From an uncultured Solirubrobacteraceae bacterium (GTDB taxonomy: Bacteria; Actinomycetota; Thermoleophilia; Solirubrobacterales; Solirubrobacteraceae), in NCBI GenBank assembly GCA_964588985.1, contig CAZPQW010000011.1:32001-96000 (forward strand): a DNA stretch of 64,000 nt, given 5' to 3'. Under the pieces are notes generated by a model. That model ran no database searches, was not told the DNA's origin, and saw only the letters and a program-made list of their open reading frames with translations. The position numbers and the translations under genes were made by a program. Shown piece by piece: positions 47,107-56,707 of the stretch; positions within the stretch are counted from its first letter, which is position 1; each line of letters opens with the position of its first letter.

Positions 47107-47264
47107 CGTCTCAATATGGCGTAATCGGACACGCTCTGCGCGCGCTCCTGGTCGTGAGCGCGGCGCAGGGCTCGACCCAACGGTGACTACCTGTCGGAAC
47201 AGTTCGGTAGGCGCCCTCGCGGTGATGTATCTTCCACGTACCATTTCCTGAGACGAGGAAGCGA

Positions 47265-47852
47265 ATGGCAAGCGTAAGTCCGGAGAAGACTAAGTGGATG
47301 CGGGGGGCATCGACGCCGCTGCGAGGCGCGCTGCTCGGCCTGCTGCTCGAACGCCCGGGCCACGGAGGAGATCTGGCCAACCGGCTGGCCGCACGGCTGG
47401 GCGAGACGTGGCGCGTCGACACGAACGACGTCTACCGCCTGCTCGAGCAGCTCGAGCGCACAGGCCTCGCGAGCTCGCGCGACGAGCCCAAGCGCAGCAA
47501 CCAGCGACGGACGCATCTCGTGTACCACCCAACGGAGGAGACCTCCGAGGCTCTCACGACGTGGATGGAAACGCTGCTGCCGCGAGAGCCGGTGCGACTT
47601 GGCCTGCAGGCCAAGCTGTCTGTCGCGCGACCACAGGACGCGCCACGCCTGCTGATCGCGCTGCGAGCCTACGAGCGCGAGTGCTTGGTCCTCGCTCAGC
47701 TGGTCTGTCCCTCGGACTTCTATGCACGCTCGTGGGCGGCGCTGTGCATGGAGTGCACGCGCGACGCCGTCTACGCGCAACTGCAGACGGAAGTGGATTG
47801 GGCGACGCGGACCCGACAGCGGATCAACGAGTTCCTGGAACACAACTCGTAG
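47265..47852 (+). CDS. PadR family transcriptional regulator, copy 2
   Basis: LRGALLGLL.ERP.HG.DL, W......VYRLLEQLE..GL, PVR..LQAK, YEREC, LQTEVDW; paralog of 27913-28515. Confidence 0.88.
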   Translation: MASVSPEKTKWMRGASTPLRGALLGLLLERPGHGGDLANRLAARLGETWRVDTNDVYRLLEQLERTGLASSRDEPKRSNQRRTHLVYHPTEETSEALTTWMETLLPREPVRLGLQAKLSVARPQDAPRLLIALRAYERECLVLAQLVCPSDFYARSWAALCMECTRDAVYAQLQTEVDWATRTRQRINEFLEHNS

Positions 47853-47865
47853 GGCTAACGGTGCG

Positions 47866-48615
47866 ATGACGCCGCTGCTCTCATTCCTGAACGTGACCAA
47901 GCGCTACCCGGACGGCGGGCGGGAGATCCTCGTCCTCGACCGCGTCTCGCTCGACATCGAGCCCGGCGCGTCGGTCGGCGTTTACGGCTCCCGCCGCTCC
48001 GGCAAGTCCACGCTGCTGCGCATGGCCGCCGGAGTCGCCTCGCCGGACTCGGGATCGGTCAGCTTCGACGGCCACGACATGGCGGACATGACCTCCGCGC
48101 AGCGAGGCCGACTGCTGCGCGGAGCGATCGCGTTCATGTGCGCGGACGACTGGCTCGCGAACCCCGGCGAGAGCATCGCCGACCACGTCGCCACCTCGCT
48201 CGGCAGTCAGGGACTGACGATGCGCGAAGCCAGGCATAAGGCGCTGCGGATCCTCGACCACGTCGACATCGACGAGAAGGCCTCCGAGAAGATGACCGTG
48301 TCGCTGTCACTGACCGAACGCACGCGGGTGATGCTCGCGCGAGCACTTGCCCGAGAGCCGCGCCTGCTGGTGCTCGACGAACCGGCGGCGATGCCCAGCC
48401 CCGGCGACCGCGGCAAGTTCCATGAACTGCTGCGCTCGGTGGCGAGGGAGCGTGGCATGGCGCTGCTCGTCGCCTCTGAGGAAATGGCGGCACTGAGCGG
48501 CTTCGACGTGCTGATGTCGATCTCCGAAGGCGAACTGTGCTCGACCGACGAGCGAGGCATGCTCGCACGCCTGCCGAAACCCCCACTGCCCGACCCGGAG
48601 CCATCGACACCGTGA
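47866..48615 (+). CDS. Degenerate ABC ATP-binding protein, copy 2
   Basis: GSRRSGKS Walker A, no Q-loop Gln, LSLTE signature, LDEP, and ASEE in place of the H-loop; start ATG 47866. Confidence 0.88.
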   Translation: MTPLLSFLNVTKRYPDGGREILVLDRVSLDIEPGASVGVYGSRRSGKSTLLRMAAGVASPDSGSVSFDGHDMADMTSAQRGRLLRGAIAFMCADDWLANPGESIADHVATSLGSQGLTMREARHKALRILDHVDIDEKASEKMTVSLSLTERTRVMLARALAREPRLLVLDEPAAMPSPGDRGKFHELLRSVARERGMALLVASEEMAALSGFDVLMSISEGELCSTDERGMLARLPKPPLPDPEPSTP

Positions 48616-49316
48616 GCACGCTCGAATTGCGCGAGGTCAGCAAGCACTACGCCACCAGCGTGGAGACCGTCACGGCCGTGGACCGGGTCTCGCTGTCGGT
48701 TTCCAGCGGGGAGTTCGTGGCGCTCTACGGCCCGAGCGGATCGGGCAAGACGACGCTGCTGATGCTGGCGGCCGGCCTCACTCCGCCGGACGACGGCAGC
48801 GTGCTGTTCGACGGGCAGAACGTGGGCGCGCTGTCCGAGCGCGACAGTGCTCTCTACCGTCGTCGGGATGTGGGCTTCGTCTTTCAGTCCTTCCACCTGA
48901 TGCCCCATACGTCAGCGCTCGACAACGCCACGATCAAGCTCACCGGCAGCGGCTACACCCTGCGCGAGGCGCGCACGCAGGCCCTGCCGTGGCTCGAGCG
49001 CGTCGGCTTGGCGGCGCGCTCGGAACACACGCCGGAGCAGCTCTCGATGGGTGAGCGACAGCGGGTCGCGATCGCCCGTGCCCTCGTCAGCGATCCGCGA
49101 CTGCTGCTGGCGGACGAGCCGACCGGCAATCTCGACTCCAAGCGCAGCCAGGAGATACTCGGGTTGATGCGCGACGTCTGCCACGAACGCTCGATTCCCG
49201 GAGTGCTCGTCACTCACGACCTCGAAGCCACACGGTTCGTCGATCGCGTGTACACGCTGCGCGACGGACAACTGATCGACGGGATGGATTCAGAGCTGGC
49301 AGCGACCTCCTCGTGA
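48612..49316 (+). CDS. ABC transporter ATP-binding protein, LolD/MacB type, copy 2
   Basis: [44 protein letters not shown]; start GTG 48612. Confidence 0.93.
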   Translation: MSTLELREVSKHYATSVETVTAVDRVSLSVSSGEFVALYGPSGSGKTTLLMLAAGLTPPDDGSVLFDGQNVGALSERDSALYRRRDVGFVFQSFHLMPHTSALDNATIKLTGSGYTLREARTQALPWLERVGLAARSEHTPEQLSMGERQRVAIARALVSDPRLLLADEPTGNLDSKRSQEILGLMRDVCHERSIPGVLVTHDLEATRFVDRVYTLRDGQLIDGMDSELAATSS

Positions 49317-51928
49317 GCGGGAGTCCGCGCCCCCGCTTCGCGGGGGTACGCCTCAGCATGCAGGTCCATCTCTATCGAGTTCGACTGCGCTCCCATGGGG
49401 TCCAGGAGCTGCTCGCCGCCAGCGGCATCGCGATCGGGGTCGCGCTGGTGCTAGGAGTGCTCGTTGCGAACACGAGCTTGACGAGCTCGGCGGCCGAGCT
49501 GCTCCACAGGGTCATCGGCTCTGCCCGCATCCAGCTCGCGGCACGCTCCTCCAGCGGGTTCGACATGAGGCTGGCGAGCACGAGCGAGCATCTCGCGGGG
49601 GTGCGGGTCGCTGCGCCGGTGCTCCGACAGAACATCGCGATGGTCGGCCCGCGTGGCCGTCAATCGGTGCAACTGCTGGGCGTGACGCCCGCGGTGGCGC
49701 TGTTGAATGGCCTGGGCGGACAGGACTCAAGCCGGGCCTCCGGCCTGGCCGGCATCCGTGTAGCCGGCGGACTCGCCTCCGGCCTAGAGGCGATCGGCGT
49801 CGGCGGCGGACTGATCCTGCCGTCGAGCGTCGCCGTCGCCACAGGCGCGAAGGTCGGTGGGCAGGTAACGGTCTTTGCTCGCGGATACGCGAGCCGCATC
49901 AGGGTCGCGGCTGTGCTGAGCGACTCCAAGGTCGGTGCGCTCGCATCCAGCCCGATCGCGATCACACAGCTACCCGTAGCGCAGCGCCTCACAGGGCTCA
50001 AAGGTCGTGTGACGCAGGTTTACTACGAGCCGCTGCGGGGCGCGGATCGCCTACTGGCCGGCGAGCTGCGCACCCTCGCCGCTGGACGGCTGGACGTCCT
50101 GCCGGCCGACAACGAACTGCGCCTGCTCGATCAAGCCGCGAAGCCCAACGACCAGTCGACGTCGCTGTTCGCGGCGATCAGCGTGATGGTCGGCTTCCTG
50201 CTGGCCGTCAACGCGATGCTGCTAACCGTGCCGGAGCGTCGGCGCTTCGTCGCGGATCTGCGCATGCAGGGATACGACTGGCGCCAGATCCTCGCGCTGC
50301 TCGCCTTTCAGGCGATCGTCCTCGGCCTCTTCGCCTCGGCTGTCGGCGTACTGCTCGGTGACCTGCTCGCCCACGCCTCCTTCCACAGCATTCCCTCCTA
50401 TCTGACGACCGCGTTCCCGATCGGCAGCCAGGAGATCCTGCACGCGGAAACGGTGCTCCTGGCGCTGGGATGCGGTGTGGTCGCGACGATCCTCGTCTCG
50501 GTCTCCCCCGTCTTCGACCTGCGCCCCAACCGCCCCACAGACGCCATCTTCCGGGATCGCTCCGGCGGCAACGAGGTCCTCACGCGGCGCACCACCCTGA
50601 AGCTCGCGCTCGTCGGTGTCGGCCTCGCGAGCCTGATCACGGCACTCGTCCTGGTGGAAGCGAGCTTGACGGTCCTGGGCGGCGTGGCTCTCGCGGTGAC
50701 GACTCTCTGCGCGCTCCCGATCGCGTTCGCGGTGGTCTCCCGGGCGCTGCGATGGATCGGCGAGCGTGCTCGCAGCAGCGCACTGATCGTCGTCGTGTCG
50801 GAGCTGCGTGCGGTCACCACTCGTTCGGTGGCGCTCGCGGGCATCGCGGCGCTCGCGGTCTACGGGAGTGTCGCGATCGGAGGAGCTCGTGCCGATCTCG
50901 TCCGCGGCCTGGAGATCAACTTCAACGAATATCTCCAATCGGCAGATGTGTGGGTGACGACCGGCGGGAACGACCCCGGGATCACCAACAGCTTTCACGA
51001 AGAAGGCGAGACCGCGGCTATCGCGCGCGTCGCGGGCGTCGTATCGGCACGCACCTACCACGGCGGGTTTCTCGACGTCGGGGCGCGTCGGATATGGATC
51101 ATCGCGAGATCCCCCGCGGACGGCAGCCCGATCCCGGCCACCCAGATGGAGCAGGGAAGCCTCACGAATGCCACGCGACTGTTGCGCGGGACGGGATGGG
51201 CGACCGTGCCGGACGGCTTTGCCCAGGAACACCACCTCGGCATCGATCAATCCTTCTCACTGCCGACACCGACCGGACAGGCGCACCTGCGCGTCGCAGC
51301 GATCACGACGAACCTGGGATGGCCTCCCGGTGGTGTGGTCGTGAGCGCCGCCGACTACAGCCGCTACTGGCAGCATGAAGATCCAACCGCGATCGAGGTC
51401 AACTTCAAGCCAGGGATTCCCGCCTCGATCGCCAGACTCGCGGTGGCGCGAGCGCTCGGCAACCGTCCAGGGCTGACAGTCCAAAGCTTCCCGGAACGTA
51501 GCGCCGAATACGCGCAAGCCTCACGTCAGGGACTTCAGGCTCTCAGCGAGATCGCGAGCCTGCTGTTGATTGCCGCGGCCCTCGCGGTCGCGTCGGCGTT
51601 GAGCGCCGCGATCTGGCAGCGGCGCGCTCGACTCGCGTCGCTGAAGATCCAGGGCTACGACACCAAACAGCTCTGGCGGGCACTGCTGCTCGAGAGCACT
51701 CTCGTGCTCGGCGTGGGCTGCTCGATCGGAGCGGTCGCGGGCGTCTACGGCCACGCGCTCGCAAGCCGCTGGCTGCGGCTGACGACCGGCTCTCCTGCGC
51801 CATTCGCGGTGGACGTGAAGGAAGTGACGATCACGCTCGCGTCGCTCGCGGCGATCGCACTGGCCGTGATCGCGGTACCCGGACTTGCGGCCGCGCGTGC
51901 ACCAGCGCGTACGAGTCTTCAGGAGTAA
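49313..51928 (+). CDS. FtsX/MacB-type ABC transporter permease, copy 2
   Basis: QELLAASGIAIGVAL, ERRRFVADLR.QG, QRR.RLASLK.QG, ends ARTSLQE (copy 1 ends AQTSFQE). Confidence 0.9.
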   Translation: MSGSPRPRFAGVRLSMQVHLYRVRLRSHGVQELLAASGIAIGVALVLGVLVANTSLTSSAAELLHRVIGSARIQLAARSSSGFDMRLASTSEHLAGVRVAAPVLRQNIAMVGPRGRQSVQLLGVTPAVALLNGLGGQDSSRASGLAGIRVAGGLASGLEAIGVGGGLILPSSVAVATGAKVGGQVTVFARGYASRIRVAAVLSDSKVGALASSPIAITQLPVAQRLTGLKGRVTQVYYEPLRGADRLLAGELRTLAAGRLDVLPADNELRLLDQAAKPNDQSTSLFAAISVMVGFLLAVNAMLLTVPERRRFVADLRMQGYDWRQILALLAFQAIVLGLFASAVGVLLGDLLAHASFHSIPSYLTTAFPIGSQEILHAETVLLALGCGVVATILVSVSPVFDLRPNRPTDAIFRDRSGGNEVLTRRTTLKLALVGVGLASLITALVLVEASLTVLGGVALAVTTLCALPIAFAVVSRALRWIGERARSSALIVVVSELRAVTTRSVALAGIAALAVYGSVAIGGARADLVRGLEINFNEYLQSADVWVTTGGNDPGITNSFHEEGETAAIARVAGVVSARTYHGGFLDVGARRIWIIARSPADGSPIPATQMEQGSLTNATRLLRGTGWATVPDGFAQEHHLGIDQSFSLPTPTGQAHLRVAAITTNLGWPPGGVVVSAADYSRYWQHEDPTAIEVNFKPGIPASIARLAVARALGNRPGLTVQSFPERSAEYAQASRQGLQALSEIASLLLIAAALAVASALSAAIWQRRARLASLKIQGYDTKQLWRALLLESTLVLGVGCSIGAVAGVYGHALASRWLRLTTGSPAPFAVDVKEVTITLASLAAIALAVIAVPGLAAARAPARTSLQE

Positions 51929-51966
51929 ATGTGTAGTAACCGATACCGCAGGCCGAAACTGTTCCT

Positions 51967-53073
51967 GTGGCCGGCTACCCCAGGAGTCGATTAGGTCTGG
52001 CCAGAGCGTTTTCGGGCGCAGCCGCAAAGTATTGGCTCGAGATCTTCCCCCAGGTCAAACGCGAGCTGCGCCACTGGCATCGACAAGCGCTTCGAATCCC
52101 GGACCCGGGACTGCGACGCCAAGCCCTGGCCACCCAACATGCCGAGCGTGGCAATCTCGACGGGGCTGCGGCGTTCGCCGTGCTCGCACCCCGCGCCCAC
52201 CGGGCGCAGGTGGTGCGCGCCAGCATCGCGTTCCAAATCGCCTACGAATACGTCGACTCGCTCGCCGAGGAGCCCAACAGCGACCCGCTGGCGAATGGCG
52301 AGCGGCTTCACCTGGCGCTGCTCGCGGCGCTCGATCCACACATCGAGCAGCCCGACTACTACGAGTTCCATGCGGGCAAATGCGACAACGGCTACATCAC
52401 ATACCTCGTCGGCACCTGCAGAGAGGCACTCGCCACGCTCCCGTCCTACGACACAGTGGCAGACGATGCGCTGCGGGCCGCGCGACGCATGGCCGCCTAC
52501 CAGAGCCTCAACCACGATCCTCGCGGAGAGGTCATGGCGCTCGCGCGGTGGGCCTCGGACCTGACGCCCACTGGAACTGGACTGCGCTGGTGGGAGACGG
52601 CAGCCGGCGCGGCTTCCTCGCTCACCCTCCTTCCTCTCATCGCGGCAGCCGCACAGCCCGCGCTCGACGCAAGTGAGGCCAGCGCGATGGACAGCGCCTA
52701 CTTCCCATGGATTGGCTCCCTCAACCAGTTGCTCGACAGCCTGATCGACCAGGCCGCGGATCGCGAGGCCGGCCATCACAGCCTCGTCGATCACTACGTG
52801 TCGATCGAGGAAATGGCTGCACGCCTCGGCTCGATCGCGACCCGCGCCATGCAGGCCACCGAGTCGATATCCGGGAGCATCCAGCATGCGCTGATCCTCG
52901 CGGCGATGAGTAGCTACTACCTCTCGGCGCCAGGAGCGCTGACTCCCAGCGCGAGAGTCGTGGCGCGACATGTGCTGGATGCCATGGGTGCGTTGGCGAA
53001 GCCCACGATGCTCATCCTGCGCATGCGACGCGAGGCCGGTCGGCTTCTCACCGACCCGATCGTCGACAGTTAG
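51967..53073 (+). CDS. DUF2600 / YtpB-like (class IB terpene synthase family) protein, copy 2
   Basis: IFP.V.RELRHW..QA..IPDP.LR.QAL, FQIAYEYVDSLAE, DNGY, WWETAAGAASSL, AYFPWIG.L..LLDSLIDQ..D. Confidence 0.82.
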   Translation: MAGYPRSRLGLARAFSGAAAKYWLEIFPQVKRELRHWHRQALRIPDPGLRRQALATQHAERGNLDGAAAFAVLAPRAHRAQVVRASIAFQIAYEYVDSLAEEPNSDPLANGERLHLALLAALDPHIEQPDYYEFHAGKCDNGYITYLVGTCREALATLPSYDTVADDALRAARRMAAYQSLNHDPRGEVMALARWASDLTPTGTGLRWWETAAGAASSLTLLPLIAAAAQPALDASEASAMDSAYFPWIGSLNQLLDSLIDQAADREAGHHSLVDHYVSIEEMAARLGSIATRAMQATESISGSIQHALILAAMSSYYLSAPGALTPSARVVARHVLDAMGALAKPTMLILRMRREAGRLLTDPIVDS

Positions 53074-53242
53074 AAAACGGCCTCTTAGACGATTCGCCAT
53101 AAGTTACTCGAGAGTCAAGTATTGGACTTTCCCCTTGTCGCGGATTCGCACCATCGACATGATCATAGGTGCGTGACACTGGATCGAAACGCTGTCCTTC
53201 TGCGTATCCAAGTCCAGATTCCCGCTCTCGTCTCGCCAGTGA

Positions 53243-53273
53243 GTGAGCCGGGCGTCCCTGGCGTCCGGCTCAC
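53243..53273 (+). other. Strong RNA hairpin upstream of the IclR-type HTH gene
   Basis: GTGAGCCGGGCGTC-CCT-GGCGTCCGGCTCAC: 14-bp stem including two G-U pairs, followed by GTTT. Confidence 0.5.
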
Positions 53274-53297
53274 GTTTGATCGCACGATCGGGTCTCA

Positions 53298-53660
53298 GTG
53301 ACAGACGACAATTCAATCTCGATAGAGCTCACCAGCAAGCAGATCGACCGCATCATCCGCGGCGCGTCGTCGCGGGACTTCGCGTCCAACCTGATGCGTG
53401 GGCTGGCGGACAGTCAGGCGCCGCCGCCGGACTTCGAAGCGCTCTCCGAGAGCCCCCGCCTGTCGCGCTCGCTACTGCTCGGCCTGCTCGTGCTGGCGTG
53501 CTTCCCAACGGACGGGAGCACCGTGGCGGTGACCCAGATCGCGGCGCGCTTGGGGATGAGCGCGAGCACGACGCACCGCTACATGACCACGCTCCTGGCG
53601 GTGGGCCTGCTCGAACAGGACTCGCGCACCCGTCGCTACCGGCTGCCGGTCGACGACTGA
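53298..53660 (+). CDS. Small IclR-type HTH protein without effector-binding domain, copy 2
   Basis: IELT..QIDR..RGAS N-module; SRSLL.GL.VLACFPTDG..AVTQIAARLGMSASTTHRYMTTLL.VGLLEQD..TRRYRL. Confidence 0.82.
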   Translation: MTDDNSISIELTSKQIDRIIRGASSRDFASNLMRGLADSQAPPPDFEALSESPRLSRSLLLGLLVLACFPTDGSTVAVTQIAARLGMSASTTHRYMTTLLAVGLLEQDSRTRRYRLPVDD

Positions 53661-53662
53661 CG

Positions 53663-55156
53663 CTAGGCGGAAGCGGTGGCACGCTCGCGCGCCGGCGTGA
53701 AGCCGGGCAGCTCGAGCTCGATACTTGCGCCGCCCTCGGGCGAGGCGCCGGCGGTCACCGTGCCGCCGTGCGCATCGGCGATCGCGCGTACGATCGCCAG
53801 CCCCAGGCCCGTCCCTCCAGACTTGCGGTCGCGCGCCGCATCGGTGCGATGGAAGCGACCGAAGATCCGCTCGCGCTGATCCACCGGGATACCGGGACCG
53901 TCGTCTTCCACCAGGAACCGTACTCGCCCGCGAGGAGCCCGCTCGACGCGCATGCGAACCAGCCCCACTCCCGGAGAGGTGTGGTCGATCGCGTTGCCGA
54001 GCAGGTTGCGCAGCGCCTGCGCGAGGCGATCGGGGTCGGCCCGGAGCACGCCCCCGGGCACGCGATCGAGCTCGAAGCGGCGATCGGCGATCAGGCTCGT
54101 ACCATCCCACAGCTCGCGAACGTAGTCGGCGAGCTCGACGCTCTCCACCCGCAGGAACTCCGTGTGCTCCGTCTTGGCCAGCAGCAGCAGGTCGTCGACC
54201 AGGCGGCTGACGCGGGCGATCTCAGCCTGCACTAAGCGCTCCACCCGGCGCACCTCCTCCCCGGACGGGTTGCTCTGCGCCGCCAGCACTTCGAGCTGTC
54301 CGCGAATCACCGTCAGCGGCGTGCGCAGCTCGTGCGACGCGTCGGCCACGAACGCACGCTGGCCCGCGAACGCGTCGGTGAGTCGGTCGAGCATGTGGTT
54401 GAAGGCATCCGCCAGCACCTTCACCTCCTCGCCCTCCCCGCCCGAGTCGTGTATCCGCGGGTGCAGGTCGCCGGCGTCCACCCGCGCGGCCACGGCGGCC
54501 ATCCTGCGCAGCGGACGCGACAGGCGAGCGCCCAGGAAGTAGGAGGCCAAGATCGCCCCCGCGAGAGCCAGCAGGCCTGCGAGCACGAACGCGCCGGCGA
54601 CGCTTCGCTGGGCGTGGGCGACCGCGGCGAGGGGCTCACCGACCCCCACGGTCACCGCAAGACCGCCACGAACGCGCACCACGCGCTTGAGCAGACGCAG
54701 GTCGCCGACATCGGGAAGAGCCACCGTCGAGTACCCCTGATGTGCCGTCTGCAGGCGCGTCGAAAGGCGGTTCTCAGCTTCCTGCGCGGCCGTGCTCTCG
54801 CCGTCGTCCGGCTGGACGCGCGAGAACAGCTCGGGGCGGTTGGTGCTGGTGGGAGCGCCCGACACGAGCACGAACAACAGGGTCGAGCTGGCACTGAACG
54901 GCTGGTTGCGTACATAGCGGGCCGCGGCCGAGGCGACGCCGCGGGGGGTACGCGCCTGTGTGAGCGTGAGGTTGTCCGTCAGCTCGCTCGCGTCGCCGCC
55001 CAGCTCCTGGTCGATCTGATGGCGCAGCTGGGTGGCGGTGCCGCGATACACCGCCACGAAAACGATCGCCGTGCACATCAGGGTCACCAGCGTCAGCCAG
55101 CCGGCCAGGCGCCAGCGCAGTCCCCTGGGGCGCAGGCGCGCGAGGATCTCGCGCAC
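53663..55156 (-). CDS. HAMP-domain sensor histidine kinase (OmpR-partner type)
   Basis: Two TMs, HAMP, FVADASHELRTPL, NL..NAI.H, DDGPG, F.RF.R.D..R...GG.GLGLAI. Confidence 0.94.
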   Translation of the reverse strand: MREILARLRPRGLRWRLAGWLTLVTLMCTAIVFVAVYRGTATQLRHQIDQELGGDASELTDNLTLTQARTPRGVASAAARYVRNQPFSASSTLLFVLVSGAPTSTNRPELFSRVQPDDGESTAAQEAENRLSTRLQTAHQGYSTVALPDVGDLRLLKRVVRVRGGLAVTVGVGEPLAAVAHAQRSVAGAFVLAGLLALAGAILASYFLGARLSRPLRRMAAVAARVDAGDLHPRIHDSGGEGEEVKVLADAFNHMLDRLTDAFAGQRAFVADASHELRTPLTVIRGQLEVLAAQSNPSGEEVRRVERLVQAEIARVSRLVDDLLLLAKTEHTEFLRVESVELADYVRELWDGTSLIADRRFELDRVPGGVLRADPDRLAQALRNLLGNAIDHTSPGVGLVRMRVERAPRGRVRFLVEDDGPGIPVDQRERIFGRFHRTDAARDRKSGGTGLGLAIVRAIADAHGGTVTAGASPEGGASIELELPGFTPARERATASA

Positions 55157-55161
55157 GATTC

Positions 55162-55920
55162 TCAGGCGCCGCCGCCGAGCCTATATCCGACGGCTCGCAC
55201 GGTGTGTATCGGAGCGGGATCGCCAGGCTGGCCGAGCTTGCGCCGCAGATATCCGACGTAGACGTCCACAACGTTGGTCGCGGGATCGTGCTCGTAGCCC
55301 CACACGGAGCTGAGGATCTCCTCGCGCGAGACGACTCTGCCGTGGTTGCGCAGGAGGTACACGAGCAACTCGAACTCGGTCGTCGACAACGCGGCCGAAC
55401 GTCCGTTGCGGCGCACCTTGCGACTCAGCAGATCGACCTCGATGCCCTCCGCCGCCAGCGAGCTCGACGACGCCTGCGCGATCACACGCAGCTGGGCGCG
55501 CACGCGCGCGACGAGCTCCGCCATCGAGAACGGCTTGACCAGGTAGTCCACTGCGCCCGCTTCGAGTCCCTCGACGCGGTCCTCGATCTCACCGCGAGCG
55601 GTGAGCACGATCACCGGCACGCTCGGTGTCGCCCTGCGAACGGCTTGCAGGATCTCGAGGCCGCTGCGCCCGGGGAGCATCAGGTCGAGGACGATCGCGT
55701 CGAAGCCGCCCTTCAGCGCCAGCCGCTCTCCCTCGATGCCGTCCAGCACGGCCTGCACGGCAAAGCCCTCCGCCTCGAACCCCCGGCTGACGAAATCGAC
55801 GATCCCCGGCTCGTCCTCGATCAGGAGCACGCTCGCCGTGTGCGACGAAGTGCCCGCAGCCCCGCCATCCACGGCTATGCCCGCAGACTGCGGCTCAGGG
55901 GCATCGACGGCATTTGCCAT
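55162..55920 (-). CDS. OmpR/PhoB family response regulator
   Basis: LLIEDE, LDLMLP, LTAR, DYLVKPF, EFELL, VWGY, NVVDVYVGYLRRKL, TVR.VGY. Confidence 0.95.
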   Translation of the reverse strand: MANAVDAPEPQSAGIAVDGGAAGTSSHTASVLLIEDEPGIVDFVSRGFEAEGFAVQAVLDGIEGERLALKGGFDAIVLDLMLPGRSGLEILQAVRRATPSVPVIVLTARGEIEDRVEGLEAGAVDYLVKPFSMAELVARVRAQLRVIAQASSSSLAAEGIEVDLLSRKVRRNGRSAALSTTEFELLVYLLRNHGRVVSREEILSSVWGYEHDPATNVVDVYVGYLRRKLGQPGDPAPIHTVRAVGYRLGGGA

Positions 55921-55971
55921 GCCTCAAGGATATGCATCGCTACCGGCGCCGCTTTTCCTGCCCCTCGATTC

Positions 55972-55987
55972 GATGAGGTTTCTCATC
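55972..55987. promoter_or_regulatory. Palindrome in the divergent TCS / apbE-cluster promoter region
   Basis: GATGAG-GTTT-CTCATC perfect 6-4-6 inverted repeat. Confidence 0.45.
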
Positions 55988-56030
55988 CGGGAGTTACCCC
56001 ATCCTTAGTCAATATGAACACACTGCCTCC

Positions 56031-56702
56031 ATGGCCATCGACCAGCAGACAACCAGCCCGCGCACAGCCGGGTACCCCGCACGGGCGCGAAATCGGCGCC
56101 TGACGGGTGGCGGCTCGACCGGCAACGAACGCCTCACCGCCGTCAACGGCGCGATCCTCATCGCGCTACTGGCGGTGATCGGCCTGACGCTGCTGCGCCT
56201 GCGCCCACTGCTGTCGGTGCACCTGTTCGTCGGGATGCTGCTGATCCCACCGGTCCTACTCAAGCTCGCCAGCACCGGCTACAGGTTCATCCGCTACTAC
56301 ACCCACGACCCGGTCTACCGCCGCAAGGGGCCGCCGCCGACGCTGCTGCGGATGCTCGCGCCGATGATGGTGCTGACCACCGTCGTGGTGCTCGCCAGCG
56401 GGGTGGCGCTGCTGTTCATCGGCCCCTCCTCGCGCGACACGTTGCTGCCGGTACACAAGGTGAGCTTCATCCTCTGGAGCGCTTTCTTCGCACTTCACGT
56501 GCTTGGCCACCTCATCGAGCTGCCGCACGCGCTGCGTGCCGATTATTCACCCTCGGCTCGTCTCACCGGTGATGTGACAGGACGGTCGGGACGCACACTC
56601 GCGCTCGCCGGCGCACTCGTCGCGGGGGTGGTGCTCGCGATCCTCGTGATCCCCGAATTCGGGCCGTGGCTGCACAACACGAACCTGTTCCACGACCACT
56701 AG
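56031..56702 (+). CDS. Integral membrane protein with intramembrane His residues (possibly cytochrome b-like)
   Basis: About 5 TMs; GNERLTA, SVHLFVG, STGYRF.RYY, PVHKVSF, ALHVLGH. Confidence 0.72.
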   Translation: MAIDQQTTSPRTAGYPARARNRRLTGGGSTGNERLTAVNGAILIALLAVIGLTLLRLRPLLSVHLFVGMLLIPPVLLKLASTGYRFIRYYTHDPVYRRKGPPPTLLRMLAPMMVLTTVVVLASGVALLFIGPSSRDTLLPVHKVSFILWSAFFALHVLGHLIELPHALRADYSPSARLTGDVTGRSGRTLALAGALVAGVVLAILVIPEFGPWLHNTNLFHDH

Positions 56703-56707
56703 CCCAA

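Noticed and set aside
47188-47210. TACC-N14-GGTA(G) inverted repeat upstream of PadR copy 2 as a shared PadR operator
   Set aside because: Short arms and no convincing matching site upstream of PadR copy 1
22183-53660. The two inverted modules as ends of a mobile or invertible element
   Set aside because: The copies are too diverged for homologous recombination; no integrase, transposase or att-like repeats seen
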